Below are positions 40,093 through 53,389 of a DNA stretch of 64,000 nucleotides, in pieces. This DNA is from Calcarisporiella thermophila CBS 279.70 (taxonomy: Eukaryota > Fungi > Calcarisporiellomycota). The position numbers and the translations under genes were made by a program. Below the pieces are notes generated by a model that saw only the letters and a list, made by a program, of their open reading frames with translations, had not been told where the DNA came from and did not search any database. Each line of letters begins with the position of its first letter. Within the stretch, counting starts at the first letter, position 1. The DNA lies in NCBI RefSeq assembly GCF_041956535.1, contig NW_027192198.1:504714-568713 (forward strand). The letters run 5' to 3'.

Positions 40093-41509
40093 ATGCAGCT
40101 ACGACCGCGGGCTAGTATTACCAAAAAATTGCCAGCTATTACTGGGCTTGCTAAATCCCAAATCACAGATGATCTTGACTTAGCCGGAAAAGACAAGATT
40201 ATCAACACCGATGCTGAACCATTGCCTGTAGAAGAATGCTCTGGCAATTTTATCAGTCCTGTCGCTTCGAAAAATGATGCTTCGGTAGTAAAAATTCATC
40301 CTAAAAGAAAATTAGGAGATATCGGGCCAAAATCATCTTCAGCTTCTATTCCACCGCCTGATTGGCTTTCAACATACACAGCAATCCGTGATTATCGGAA
40401 AACTCATATAGGTTTGCCATTCATTTTTATTTAGGATGAGTCAAAATTAATTTTGTTAATTTATATTTAGCTCCAGTGGACACCATGGGCTGTGAACGGC
40501 TTGCGGAATATGGGGAAAATATAGATCCAAAGGTTAATAAATTTATTTTTATCATGTTTGCGGGATTTAACATTATAACCTATGTAGGTTTCGCGGTTCC
40601 AAACTCTCGTTGTAAGCTTTTTAGAATAGGTTTTGACATTTCACATTAATTTTTCTGATTTTTATATATATCCGGATTTTTCAACGTACAGTCCCTAATG
40701 TTGTCATCTCAAACGAAAGATACAGTCACCGCGGAAGCAATGAGAAACTTACAGCGGAAGCTTCCAGGAGGTCTTTCTATCAATAGTGTGCTGGCTGCTA
40801 GTGAATTAGACCTCCAGAAGTTAATATGCAAAGTTGGATTTTCTAGTCGAAAGTCAATGTAATATTATGCAATATCTTAGGTCTATCATTTCTTTATAAC
40901 TCACTTTTCATTTTGTACAATAGATTTATCAAAGATGCTGCTCGTATCTGCCTTGAAAAATACAATGGTGATATCCCTGACACTTTGGAGGGACTTTGCG
41001 CGCTTCCTGGAGTAGGACCGAAAATGGTATGCTTATCCATTAATTTGCTTGTCATATTCAAAAATATAACACTTTTTGATCCTTTAATTAGGCTCATTTA
41101 ACAATGCAATGTGCCTGGAATAAGTAATAGAAATGAATATGTAAATTTAAAAATTACAGAATGAGACTAACTTCTTTTTAGAACAATTGGAATTGGAGTC
41201 GATGTGCACGTTCATCGAATATGCAATCGCCTAGGTTGGTGTAAAACAGCCGGTGGGTTACCTGAGGATACACGAAAGGTAATCCAATAACCAATATATC
41301 CAGTATATCATCCTTATATTATAACTCGTTGATTATTTAAGGCACTCGAAAAGTGGCTCCCTCGCGAATATTGGCGTGAGATTAATGCAATGCTAGTCGG
41401 ATTTGGTCAAACGGTATGTTTACCTCGTTATCCACGCTGCTCTGATTGTCCTGTACGCGACGCTTGTCCATCTGCTTTTAAAGAAGCAAAAAAATCAAAA
41501 GTAAAGTAG
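40093..41509 (+). CDS. NTH1: Endonuclease III-like DNA glycosylase/AP lyase with 4Fe-4S motif
   Basis: [14 protein letters not shown]|[10 protein letters not shown], Hh[20 protein letters not shown] and [26 protein letters not shown]. Confidence 0.95.
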
Positions 41510-41757
41510 TTAATTTTATAATGTAATATAGTAAGGCGCATTCTTTATACATCACCCTACTCCTGTTAAATTTCAATAAATATCTAATAATAGCTAAAAG
41601 GCAAGAATATAGAATAGTATTTCACTAGTTGAATCTATATTATAGTTACAAAGCTCTTTGTGATTAAATTCATAACAGTCTAAAGAGTACAATTTGACTT
41701 GAATTCAAAATATTTATTTATAGTTATGCTTAGTATCATTAATACCATACACATCAA

Positions 41758-42651
41758 TTAATCGCCTGTGCCAGTAAGTTCCCAGAGTGATAATCCTGTA
41801 ATTCTGCGCGTGGAACCAGATTTATTAATCGAATGGATAGCAGCTAGTCGTGTTCTTGGGAAAGAGGGGGTATCTGGAGCTTGCGATGGTTCTTCAATTG
41901 GAAAAAGTACTGCGGTGGCATTCGTTTGAATTAACTCTTGTGCTTCTTCAGCTGTTAATATTCCTGTTGCACCAGGGTCCCTATTTGTAGCTCTTCTCTT
42001 TGATACAGTATTTGCAGATAAGGACGAAGATATTGCTAATGCGAGCTGTAAATCTTCGTCATAAGGATTATTTGAAGTTGTTTTTGAAGAGCTCGCTCCA
42101 TGGGTTGTTAAATACGAGTGTATGATGGTATCGGTGCGAAAATCTTCATCTATATCTTCGCATAGAGTTGCAGAATAGTTGCGTGATATCCTGTATTTCT
42201 GTCTACATGTAATACGAGATACACGGTCGGCACAAGATGGCATTGGAGTTTGGTTCCCTGACAATAAACAGCGCACTATCGAGATCATCTCTTGAGTAGT
42301 AATGCCTTTTTTCTTCATACATCGCTTTATATGTAGTGTTTTTTCGCTATGTGTGACGGAGGATCGTGTCCACCTCTTTTCACAGATAGGACACCAATGT
42401 AAATTATCAAATAGAGTGAATTCGTGGATATTACGCGGATCTTGCACATTTTCAGTACCGGCGAGTTCATCGAGGCAGCGATTTAGGTGCTGTTCGCGCT
42501 GTGAACAATTATAAATTGAAATATCTTTGCCACAGATTTCGCATAAACTTTTACATTTTATTCCGTCAAGACACTGGTTTACGTGAACTTCCATTTGGTT
42601 TAGGTCTAACAGAAGACCACATATAGGGCAGTCAGAGTAATTGCGTTGCAT
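41758..42651 (-). CDS. SLX4 N-terminal-like protein: three UBZ4 (C2HC) fingers + MLR-like region; single exon, 297 aa
   Basis: CPICG..HVNQC, CEICGKDISIYNCSQREQHLNRCLDE and CPICEK..HIKRC, then EDLQLALAISSS..TPSFPRTRL..SLWELT. Confidence 0.78.
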   Translation of the reverse strand: MQRNYSDCPICGLLLDLNQMEVHVNQCLDGIKCKSLCEICGKDISIYNCSQREQHLNRCLDELAGTENVQDPRNIHEFTLFDNLHWCPICEKRWTRSSVTHSEKTLHIKRCMKKKGITTQEMISIVRCLLSGNQTPMPSCADRVSRITCRQKYRISRNYSATLCEDIDEDFRTDTIIHSYLTTHGASSSKTTSNNPYDEDLQLALAISSSLSANTVSKRRATNRDPGATGILTAEEAQELIQTNATAVLFPIEEPSQAPDTPSFPRTRLAAIHSINKSGSTRRITGLSLWELTGTGD

Positions 42652-42809
42652 GTGAAAACATATTTACTGAAAACTGTCTCATATACGATTTCATACTAGT
42701 ATCATTTGCTGCTCCGCCACAGATCATATAGGTATTATTCCTGCGTATTATTAAGTTAAAACGGAAATAAGTTGACATTTAACTTCATCCAAAATAAATA
42801 TCTTCTAAG

Positions 42810-45159
42810 ATGTCTACTTCCTACAAACCACGTCGTGCCAACAGTGCTCTAGGAGATAGTTCAGATGTCTCAAGTTCTGTTAATGACAGTGCAAGAAAGA
42901 GACAATCTAAAAAAGATGAGGTATAAATATGATGAATTGATGAACATTTAAATTCTTTCTTATTTCCAAAGAATGAGATAAATTCTTTTTTATACCCACT
43001 TATATATGTTATATGTTATAAAATATAGGCAATTCGCAGAAAAATTGAACAAGAACTTTCTAAGAAAAAACGCAGTAGCCCTCGCTATACTCGGCAATCC
43101 ACTCGAAAGCAGGTTCAGGGCACTGTGAGCTCCTTGCGTATGTCGCCAGCCCATACTGTTCGTGAAAACATTACAGTGCTGGAAGCGAGCCAATTAATGG
43201 CCGCTAAACGGAGTGATTGCGTCCTTGTAGTTGATGATGACGACCATTTATGCGGCATTTTTACCGCGAAGGATCTCGCTTTCCGCTCTGTTGCAGAAGG
43301 TTTAGATTCTCGGTATATTATAATTGCATCAATAGCTATTTATATGTATTCCCAAAAGTAAAGTATTAAATTATACATCATTTATAGCGGCACGCCTGTA
43401 TCAACTATCATGACCAAGAATCCTCTCTGTGTTACAACTGATGCCTCTTCAACGGAAGCCTTGAGTACCATGGTGCAGCGAGGATTCAGACATTTGCCTG
43501 TAAGTTTTACCCTTTCGGTTTTCTAAAGTGTTCTTATCTATGTTAAACTTTTCAATAGGTAACTAATGAAGAAGGCGATGTAGTTGGTTTGCTCGATATC
43601 ACCAAATGCCTTTACCAGGCTGTTGACAAAATGGAAAGAGCATTTAATACTTCAAGTAAATTTTATGATGCACTCGAAGGAGTACAATCTGAATGGAGTT
43701 CCTCTGGCCTTCCATTTCTTCAATATATGGAAGCTCTCCGGGAAAAAATGTCTTGCCCTGATGTTAGTTCCGTATTAGACGGAGTTCAACCTGCTGAGGT
43801 TGGAGTCCGTACGAGTGTGCGGGAGGCAGCTAAATTAATGAAATCAGTGCATAAAACAGCCGTTCTGGTTATGGAAGGCAATAATATAGCTGGAATATTC
43901 ACAAGCAAGGATATTGTTTTACGTGTCATTGCTGCCGGGCTTGATCCGGCCACCTGTAGTGTAGTACGAGTAATGACTCCACATCCAGACACCATCACTC
44001 CCACAACTACCATTTTGGATGCTTTAAAGAAAATGCATGGTAACAAGCATTTTTCTCCTTGCAAGAATCCTCTTAATTTAATAAGATATTTATGACAGAT
44101 GGCCATTATCTAAATCTTCCTGTGCTCGAAGGAGATACTAACCAAGTCGTTGGAGTGGTCAATGTGCTTCAATTAACTTACGCTACTTTGGAGGAGGTAT
44201 ACATATTATATATATAATTTTTAGATAATAACTAATCGAAAATTTTATTCAAATCTCCTCACCAGATTAATAGTATTGAAGGACAAGATGAAAACAATGG
44301 TCCAATGTGGAATCGATTTTGGCAATCTTTTGTTCCCGACGGTTCTGAAACAGCATCTGTGGTGTCAGATTCCATTGCACCCTCGCATTCTGCATCTAAT
44401 CTACATGGTATGACACCATCCAATGTGTCTAGGAATTCTTATTCGCAATACCCTGAATCTCCTAATTCATCGCGCCCATTTACTCCTGATAATACTTATC
44501 CACTATCTGAAGTTCATCCCCATGAATCAGCATCAGCTGTCGGCAATAACGAGGAAAATTCAAGCATAGTCAATTCTAACCAGCAGAATGATACCACTTT
44601 TACCTTTAAATTCAAATCTCCTTCTGGCAAAGTTCACCGTTTTGTTTCTGAGGCGAATAACCTCGGAAATATTCGTGAAATCGTCAAAGCCAAACTAGTT
44701 ACAGAGCGCTTCAATTTAGAGGAACTTGCAGCATCAATGTCCATTGCGCCTGGAACAAACAATGAAGACGACTGGCTTGTGCTTAGCTATTTGGATGACG
44801 AAAATGATCACGTCCTTATTACCAGTGACATGGATCTGCTTGATTCAGTACATGTGGCAAAAAGGCAGGGTTCTGATAGAGTATTGCTGTTTTTGCATGA
44901 CCACACAGTTCAAAACCAAAGTGGTACAGCTGAACCTGCCGTTTCTCAGGCCAGTCAATTAGTATCGTCCGAATCCGGCAATAATAGTCCTGAAGTTGAG
45001 CCAGTTCCCAGTGACATAGAAATTTCCAGCCAAAAGAAGGAAAGCAAAGTACCGGAATATAATCTTCCTATTCCCCAAGAACTTCTATTACCAGGTGCAA
45101 TTGTCACATTGGCTGCCACTATTCTAGGAGTATTTATTGTAAACCGCCTTTCTCGTTAA
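42810..45159 (+). CDS. CBS-domain/PB1 protein with C-terminal TM anchor (Mug70/CBSCBSPB-like)
   Basis: RKRQSKKDE|AIRRKIE, four CBS repeats (GIFTAKDLAFR, RGFRHLP, GIFTSKDIVLR, HYLNLP), PB1 (FKFKSPSGKVHRF..LSYLDDENDHVLITSD) and a hydrophobic tail. Confidence 0.92.
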
Positions 45160-45522
45160 CTTTACGGATTTCGAAATTATTATTTTATTTCTATTGAATA
45201 TTATGATTATATCATTTATAAATTTCAAATTTTTATTATATATTCTTAACCTTTATTATATCTTATATATAAGATCTCTATGATATGGCGATTAGAGAAG
45301 TAAATAAATCAATTTTCCAAAAAAAAAATCTAGAAATTCTTCCAATAAAAAAAAATAAAATTATCATTTAAAAAAATATATTAAGAAAATACAAATATTT
45401 TCATTTTCAATTTATTTTTATTTGATTCAATTGCATTTACTTGAATATCATTTGTTCAGATATATTTCATTTTCCCAATCCTATAAAAATTCATATATAA
45501 CCTTGGGTTGTTATCGGAAATT

Positions 45523-48500
45523 ATGGACGCGTTTGACCTCCTTTATAATGGAGGCCATCCTACAGATAATCTAGATCTGGTACTCGAAATTTCATATTCT
45601 CTTTGTGATCTTCATCCTTCGATTAACTAAACCATTTCCTTCATCGATAAGAATTTCGAGCATTACTTGCCATTTATTTGGACAATACTTCAAGAATCGG
45701 AGAAGTCGCTATTCTTGAATAGATATGAGCAGGTACATAATCTATTCAAATTCTGCTAATAATTATAAGAGATTGAATTCTTTATTCTCAGTGTACAGAA
45801 ATTGAATCGTTACATAATACTAAGGTAGAATTAGTTTTAGAACGTGTACAAACGGCAATTACAAAAATCAATAAAACGCCAGATATCGTAAGTGGTTATT
45901 GGATATTGTTGTGTTTATATAATGAGATATATTTTTGTCATTAGATTCTCAGTTCCTGTGATGATTTTCTTGGTTGTGATTCAATTACACGCATGAGGTA
46001 ATCAGTATATTTCATAAACGTTTTCGAGATATATTCACGAAAAAAGAAAAAAGCTTTGTTCTATTAGAGCTGTGCCGTCTCCTTCAAGATAGTGCTACCG
46101 CAATTGACGTTTCGATTGACGAAAAAGTCTATCCCGTGTTGACTTCAGAAAAATGCATTGAAAATGCATGTTTGGTTTTTTCTGTAGTTCTCCAGCGATT
46201 TTGCCCGGAGGTCCTTGAGTTTGAGGCACGTTTACAATTATCCAAAAATAGCTTTTATGCTAACTCTTTAATAATGTGCAGACAATTGTTGGCTCTCTAC
46301 ATTTGCTACCAACTAGAAAACATTTAATAGCTGCCATTCTTTCTGCATTTCCCATGGAATTCGATAAGGTATGCATCTTCAGGATAAACAATCAGTTTCT
46401 TTAACCAAGATTTTTTCTAATCTATCATGCCATTTAAATTTGAGATTGCACAAACTCTGATATCTATGGCGCTAAAGTATCCTTCACACCGGTCAAATAT
46501 CAGGTTACAAAGTATCTCATTGGGAATATTTTAACTGTGATATTAATGTAGTCATATTTTAAATATATAGCTCTATGCTCTATTCAATGTGCAAGTTAGC
46601 CCCTGGACGTGCCGTATTTTTACGGTTCCAAGTTATCGAGCTGCATATTCTTGCTCCTCTAGCGTTCAGGCTTACTTTAGATTTTTGTAATGATGAGGTT
46701 TGTAGAGTAATATCTTCTTTTAACTTGATACCACTTATCTTACTAGCTAAATTTGCAGGTGACATTTTTGACCAGCATTTTTTCGGGTAATCCGACTTGG
46801 CTTCCTTCTCAACTAGCGCCTACAAATGCCAATGTTATTGCTATGAAAGATTCACTATGCCTTATGGCGCACCAGTTTATAGTAGTCTTACTTGCTTGAT
46901 TTCGAATGCTATTAAAAAAATACTAATTAACCCTACATTCTAGAAATCTCAACCTCCTGCCCAAATCGATTTAAACGGATTGCTTAGATCACTTGCTGGA
47001 ATGGCCGGAATTTTACAAACAAAATACTCTACTGAAGACCTTGACCTAATACTTGAGTTGATCAATAAAATTTCGTCTTTCAGGTATCAACTAGTATAAT
47101 GTACTCTTCTATCATAGATTGGTTATTGATATATCATTCTCTTACATCAAGGAACAACGAGCTTGCTACTTGTTTGATATTATTATGTTCAGATGGACTG
47201 CTTCAGTCTAATAAGGTGGATTTCTACTCTTTCTTAAACCAAGTTTTAATCCTTCCTTGTATTTAGTATTAATGTTTCTTGCACTCTATTTTAGGATCTT
47301 GTTATTAATTATCTTAACGTCGCTCTCGATTCAGAGCATTCGGAAATGCTTATTTTATTAGCCTTATATTTTCGCACTAATCAAATTAGCCAAATCGAAG
47401 TGTTAATTAGAGAATCAGTTGGAATGGCCGTTGGTATATGTAAGCATAATATTTTGATAATTTATACTATTTACTAATATAATTCTCCAATTTTATCACT
47501 TTCTAGCAAAATCCAGCCTACTTAGTTTACAGCGCATCTTTAACGAGGAACTGCTTTGGGACGAAAAAATTGCTGACCGGGCTATATCACAAATATCGGT
47601 ATAATAGGATATAAATATATTTGACATATTTACTTGTATTAACATTTGTTTTATATTACTTAGGTTAAAAGAGATGATGATAACCTTCTACTCTTGTGCT
47701 TTTATGAAATTTTGAAAGCTCAAATTTTTCAGCGCGTAGGAGTTGATATTAGCAAAAGTATCCACCAATTAATTATCAACTCGACAGAACCTGTCCATTC
47801 TTTGATGGGCCCTTTATTAAAAGAATATGCGGAATGGTTTGCATTTTATTTTGATATCGTATAATTACCTTAAGCTAACTGATGCCATACGTTTATATAT
47901 ATAGTATATTTTCATCACCAATGATCAACCCTATCCCCGAAGATAGCATATTGAAATTATATGAGGATACCTCTAATCTCACACCTGCGCACATCTTAAT
48001 GCTATTCTACGTTCTCTATTATAATGATGGTATTTTAAACATCAGCAGTGAGACAAGTGCAAAAACACATCTTCCAAAGGGTAATTTATTTTACGCTTTT
48101 TTTAATAATTTATTTGTATATTAATTTATCATTATAGAGTATTCTAATTCTCTGCTGGAAAGTATTCCTATTAAGAGAATCCTTCTTTATGCTGAAAAAG
48201 TTTCAGGCGGTCGGGCGTATGAGAATATATTCCCGGACTTATTGGCAGTTTCTGCATTTCACTACCCTGAGCTATTCGATGTAACTAGCTATTTACATGA
48301 AAATGAGTATAAGGAAACAATGTAATATTTGATACCCTCGATTTTTTTTTTTTGCATTTTGCACTAATAATAATATATTTGCTCTTAGATACAAGATGCT
48401 AAATCGTCAAAATTTGTTGAGCGCTCAGTCGACTTGCGAGATTGCAAAATCTCCTTTGCAGCCCCTTCGAGTTCTAGAGAGTAGGTCATCATTTTTAGTT

Positions 48501-50090
48501 GTTTTTGCACTTATATCACAATATCTATGTTCTTTTTACAGACCTATTGCAGTTGGCTTCTCATTCCTCATTAGAGTTTTCTCGAGATGCACCTCAATTG
48601 TGCGCTTTAATCCCTTATCTTATACAAACAAAGTATTTAACTATTATATTTTTTTTCCCTTTTTCAGTGATAACTTATACAAAATTTTGATTTCATCCTG
48701 TATTCATAGCGCCAATAGCGAAGCTCTCTATAATTTTTCCAATATTTGGACTCTTCTAAACACGGTTAATCCCCGAGAACTTTGGGTCCTTACTGCAAAT
48801 GCTTTGAACACCGAAGGAAGCCGCAAGTAAATCTAAGTCACCTAATATAATAGACATATAACGCAAGCTTATAATTGCACAATATATATTAGTTTGTATA
48901 CTCAGCAAAGCTTAACGTTAGATCCGCTGTTGCTTTTTAAAAGCGATTCTCGTGTATTTCGCTGCCCAACTTTATACCGCATATTTTTGCATGTAAGTGG
49001 CGAGCCCTTTATTGCTTGTAATAGTAAGTACGATTAATTTTTTTTTTCAAATCATTTATAGTTAGTCAAAGTCTATATGCTCGCATCAAGAGAGAAAATC
49101 AAACGTCATAATCTCCTCAAACAAACACGACAGATGGTAAGTAAAAGTTTTGCTTTGCATTTCCTAGATATATCCATAATTTTTATATAATCAAAGGCAA
49201 CCTTCCGAGAACCAAACATAACCGCGATGACTTATCTCCAAGACTCTATAATAATGGGAATCCTCTTAGAATTATGTTTAGAGCAAAATGGAGATAACCA
49301 GAGTAATATAATTTATTCTCAATATGTTTTTTTTTTCTGGTATTAAGAATTCTCTTTTCTAGGCATTCTCGATGAAACCCGAACTCTAACGTGCCAATTT
49401 TTGCATCAACTCTTTCTCGAGAATAAACTTTTGGTTAAACTACTCCATTTCCAAGGGTATGCTCATGAGTTGATACCCGTAACTGTTTCAGAAATTCCAT
49501 CAATACGTAAGATATCCCGTTAATGTACGACCATAATGTTATTTTTTTTTTCTAACATTTATTCTAGATACTTGCCTGGAGTTTTTACCAGAACTGCTCT
49601 CGCAGCCATTTCCAGAGAAACAGGTTTTTGGCATTCTCTTAGCCAGCCGTCTCTGTGAAAAATATCCTATATATAGTAGGTTAGTTAGTCACATATCAGC
49701 TTCAGTAAACTTATTCCATTTTTTGACGTATTTTAAAGTCTTGCAATTATCAAAGAGCACGTGCTGCCAAGGCTACGTAGTATTGCATTTCCAAGGGGTG
49801 CATCTCAGGTTGTCCCAAGCGAATATCTCCTTGAGGCTCTCCCCGCGGCACGGAGTATTTGTCGTGGATTCCCTAGCATGTCAAACTCAGTTATAGAGCT
49901 TCTACGAGGTATCAAACTTTTCAATATAATTTTTTTTAGTTCATCTCTAATATTTTCTTTGATTAAAGATATTGATCCACCAGCGAGCATTTATAAAGAC
50001 TTGTCGATTCAAGGCGAAAAAAAGGCTTTATTGCTTAATCGCATTCATTTATTGATCGAGGTTCTGATAAAAGAAATCTCAGATCAATGA
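45523..50090 (+). CDS. INTS2: Integrator complex subunit 2
   Basis: More than 20 exons giving [49 protein letters not shown] and [59 protein letters not shown], matching the recalled INTS2 C-terminal signature. Confidence 0.88.
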
Positions 50091-50154
50091 GATGTAAGGC
50101 TCGCATAGAGCTATAATCATGCGTTTTCTCGATTTATCCTCTCGCAAGGAGATA

Positions 50155-51895
50155 TTAACAGCCAGCAGGATTCTCTGGTTTTAGAGCGACAAAATATGCA
50201 CACTCATAGACATATTGTAGCATGGATAGCCTATTAGCTGTATATGTTGTTGGCACGCGCTTCTCCTTCTGGAATTTATGATTCAAAATATAGACAAACT
50301 CTGAAACTCAAAATATCAAACTGTTACTAATATACAACCTACCTCTACCTTAAACCCTACAGTATGCACCACCTCCATTACTTCTTGTAAACTCAATTCA
50401 ATTGAAATTTCACCATGCATATTTTCAAAGTGATAAAGTAGGGGGCCTTCAGGAAATCCTAAGTCAGAGTATTATATCAAAGATTGTTTAACCCTTAAAC
50501 ATACCTATATTTATCCAGATGCCTCCTGGTTTCAAAATGCGATATATAGCTTGGATATAATCTATAATGTTCTTAGCGGTGTCGATGAAAAAACTTGTAA
50601 CCACAGCATCCCATTTGTCTTGCAATTGTAATTGATATTACTCAATTGATAAAATTATGCAAAGAGAACACAAAGCTTACTGAGATTCTCCGCGCCCTCT
50701 CCATATACCTCTAGAAAATCTCCGGCAACCATCGAAAAATCAGCAGTCGAAGGCAAGTTACCAGGAGCTATATCCGGAATAAGAACTGGCTGAAGTTGAT
50801 CTTGAGCAGAGACCACATTCGAGAAAGAGTGGATATAAGGGAAAATGGTATGTTCTTTGGCTATTTTAGCTCTAAAATTTATATCAGTTAATCGTTCCTG
50901 AAGTTTGCATGGGATAATGCATCAACCTATTCAAGATGAAATGCGAAGTCAAAAGCTTCAGAGAAAAGTTAGAAGTAGTAATCAAGATGGGTAATGAAGA
51001 AAAACTTGCCATGTAGAACGAGAACTCATTGCCTAGTTAGGTACAACATGGTTCAGTTACAAAGAATTCCTGGATTAGTGTTCTAAAAAATTACCTTGAG
51101 TGCTGTATCCTATTGAATAATTTTTATTAAAGAACTATGTGCTGGAGTATATTGATGAAAATGCATACCTTGGCAAGCAATATCGTACGCTAATCTGCCC
51201 AATCCTGCCCCAGGAACTAGGATTTGGATATCCCCCCTAAGTTATGCATTTAGCATGAATATATTTTGGAATAAGACATAGTAGCATTTTGCTTATTAGA
51301 AGCAGTTTACCGTTCACTTATATCGAGGTTATTAAAGTGAATATTCAACTCCTTGATAATTGGAAGATACGTAGACTCCCTTTCTAGCCTTCCCTAGAGA
51401 TTGATTTAATTGAGAATATAATCGAATTAAGCAAGGGTGAACGCAATATAACCTCTTCAGACCAATCTCTTGCGATTTGCTTTATGGTGCTCCTTAATTT
51501 GTCCATATCAAACTCGGTAATGTGCGATTTGAAATTTTGCGAGGTAGGGAGACCGTGCAAATCGTCCTAAAGAAGGGTAAGCGCATTGTTGCTATATACT
51601 GTTAATAAAATAGAAATTTTACACTCTCGTCCTCGTTTATAAACATGCGGCTATCTGAAACAATGAGCTTCAAAACTTCATAATTTTGGATTATACAATT
51701 GTCGATGCTCTCTAGCCTACTAAGGAAATTAGGAGCAAGGGCTTGTTGAGATTTCGGAAGTGACTGGAAATCCGCGCGACGTTTTTGGTTCGCAGAAAGT
51801 GCACTAGACTTGTAGTGTGCGAAGGTGTCTAGAACTTTTTTGAATTGATTCTGCTCCTCTTTAACGGGATCAATTTCGTCGTGCTCGTGAGACAT
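50155..51895 (-). CDS. CARNMT1: Carnosine N-methyltransferase (N2227/CARNMT1 family)
   Basis: [83 protein letters not shown] and SMLQYVYEC. Confidence 0.93.
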
Positions 51896-52410
51896 GATTA
51901 CAAACTACGACTGTAAAGATATTCAGATTTTCCTATTCTATTCTTATAATGGGGCGCAGTAATAAAGTATTCAGTCTGAGAAGAAAACATGCATTAATAC
52001 CATTATGACGAACAATCTTAGTCAATTCTGACGCTTTCCTTTGACTCGCTTGAGGATGCTGTAATACGGAACCCAAGCAATAGTTGCAAAGGAGACTTTG
52101 ATAAAAAGAGGATTCTGAATGGTATATATAGATTATAATGAAGGTCCAGATTTATTTATAAATGAAATTTATCGTGTGAGCAATTGATTTCCTAGAGGGT
52201 TATTTATTATCTATATAACGATCGGTGGTATCGTTGCTAAAATAAAATTTCAGTTTATGAATGCATAAAGAGAGCCAATGTTGGTCCATAATGTTTTGTG
52301 ACTAGTTCTCCAAATGCTGAATAAGCATCAAGTTAATATATATTTGCTCCATTCTTTTTTCCCTATTTTCTTTCTTTCAAACATCTCGAGCATTTCAATT
52401 CTTAAATAAA

Positions 52411-53285
52411 ATGTTTACAGGCATAATCGAACACATGGGTACGGTAGTCTCAATTACCGAAATAGATGCTTCTGAATCAGGAGGAGGTGGATGGTCAATG
52501 ATAATAGGAGATGCTGCTAGTATCCTAGGCGATTGCCACATCGGAGATAGCATAGCTGTTAATGGTTAAGTTAATTGAGATCCTTTCTAAAAAACAAATG
52601 CTAACCTGATTATTTTTTAATGAAAAGGATGCTGTTTGACAGTAACTGAATTCAATGAAGATTCATTCAAGGTTGGGATCGCACCAGAATCTCTTAGGCG
52701 AACAAATCTCGGTATACTAGGGCTATAAATTACAGAATTGCTTGAATTAGTTTTTTTATTCCTTTATATACAAGGGGATTTGAAAGTCAACGACAAAGTA
52801 AACCTTGAACGGGCATTATCGGGAGGAACGCGGTTTGGAGGGCATTTTGTGCAGGTTCCTATACTCTCATTTTGAATGCTTTCAAGTCTCTGTTTAACCA
52901 TTACGAAATGTAGGGTCACGTAGACTGCACGGCGACTATTGTTTCGATAAAACCAGAAGGGAATTCCAAGTGGTTCGAGCTCGAACTCCCGGATCAATCA
53001 CTTCTGCCATATCTTATTCCTAAAGGCTTCATTGCGCTGGACGGCACTTCGCTAACTGTATGTGATGTAGACGACAATAAGCGAAGGTTCACTATTATGA
53101 TGATCGCTCACACTCAGAAACACGTGGTTATGGCTGAAAAACAACCAGGAGATCGAGTCAATGTTGAGATGGATATGGTTGGCAAATATGCTGTTAAGCA
53201 AGTTGAGGCTGCAATAGAGGGCATGCTGGGCGATAATTCGAAGCTTTTGGAAAGGATAGCCCAAAAGCTTGAACGAAAACAATAG
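52411..53285 (+). CDS. RIB5: Riboflavin synthase (alpha type)
   Basis: MFTGIIE, GDSIAVNG|CCLTV, VNLERAL, RFGGHFVQ|GHVD, KGFIALDGTSLTV and VNVEMDMVGKY. Confidence 0.97.
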
Positions 53286-53389
53286 CTATTCGAAATGAAA
53301 CATTTTATTGAATTTCCTGGCGAAAACTCCGTGACCAATATAATAAATTTCGATAATATATATACAAAATAACTCCAATGGTGGCCATA

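Noticed and set aside
51896-52410. FMN riboswitch upstream of riboflavin synthase
   Set aside because: No FMN aptamer consensus is visible.
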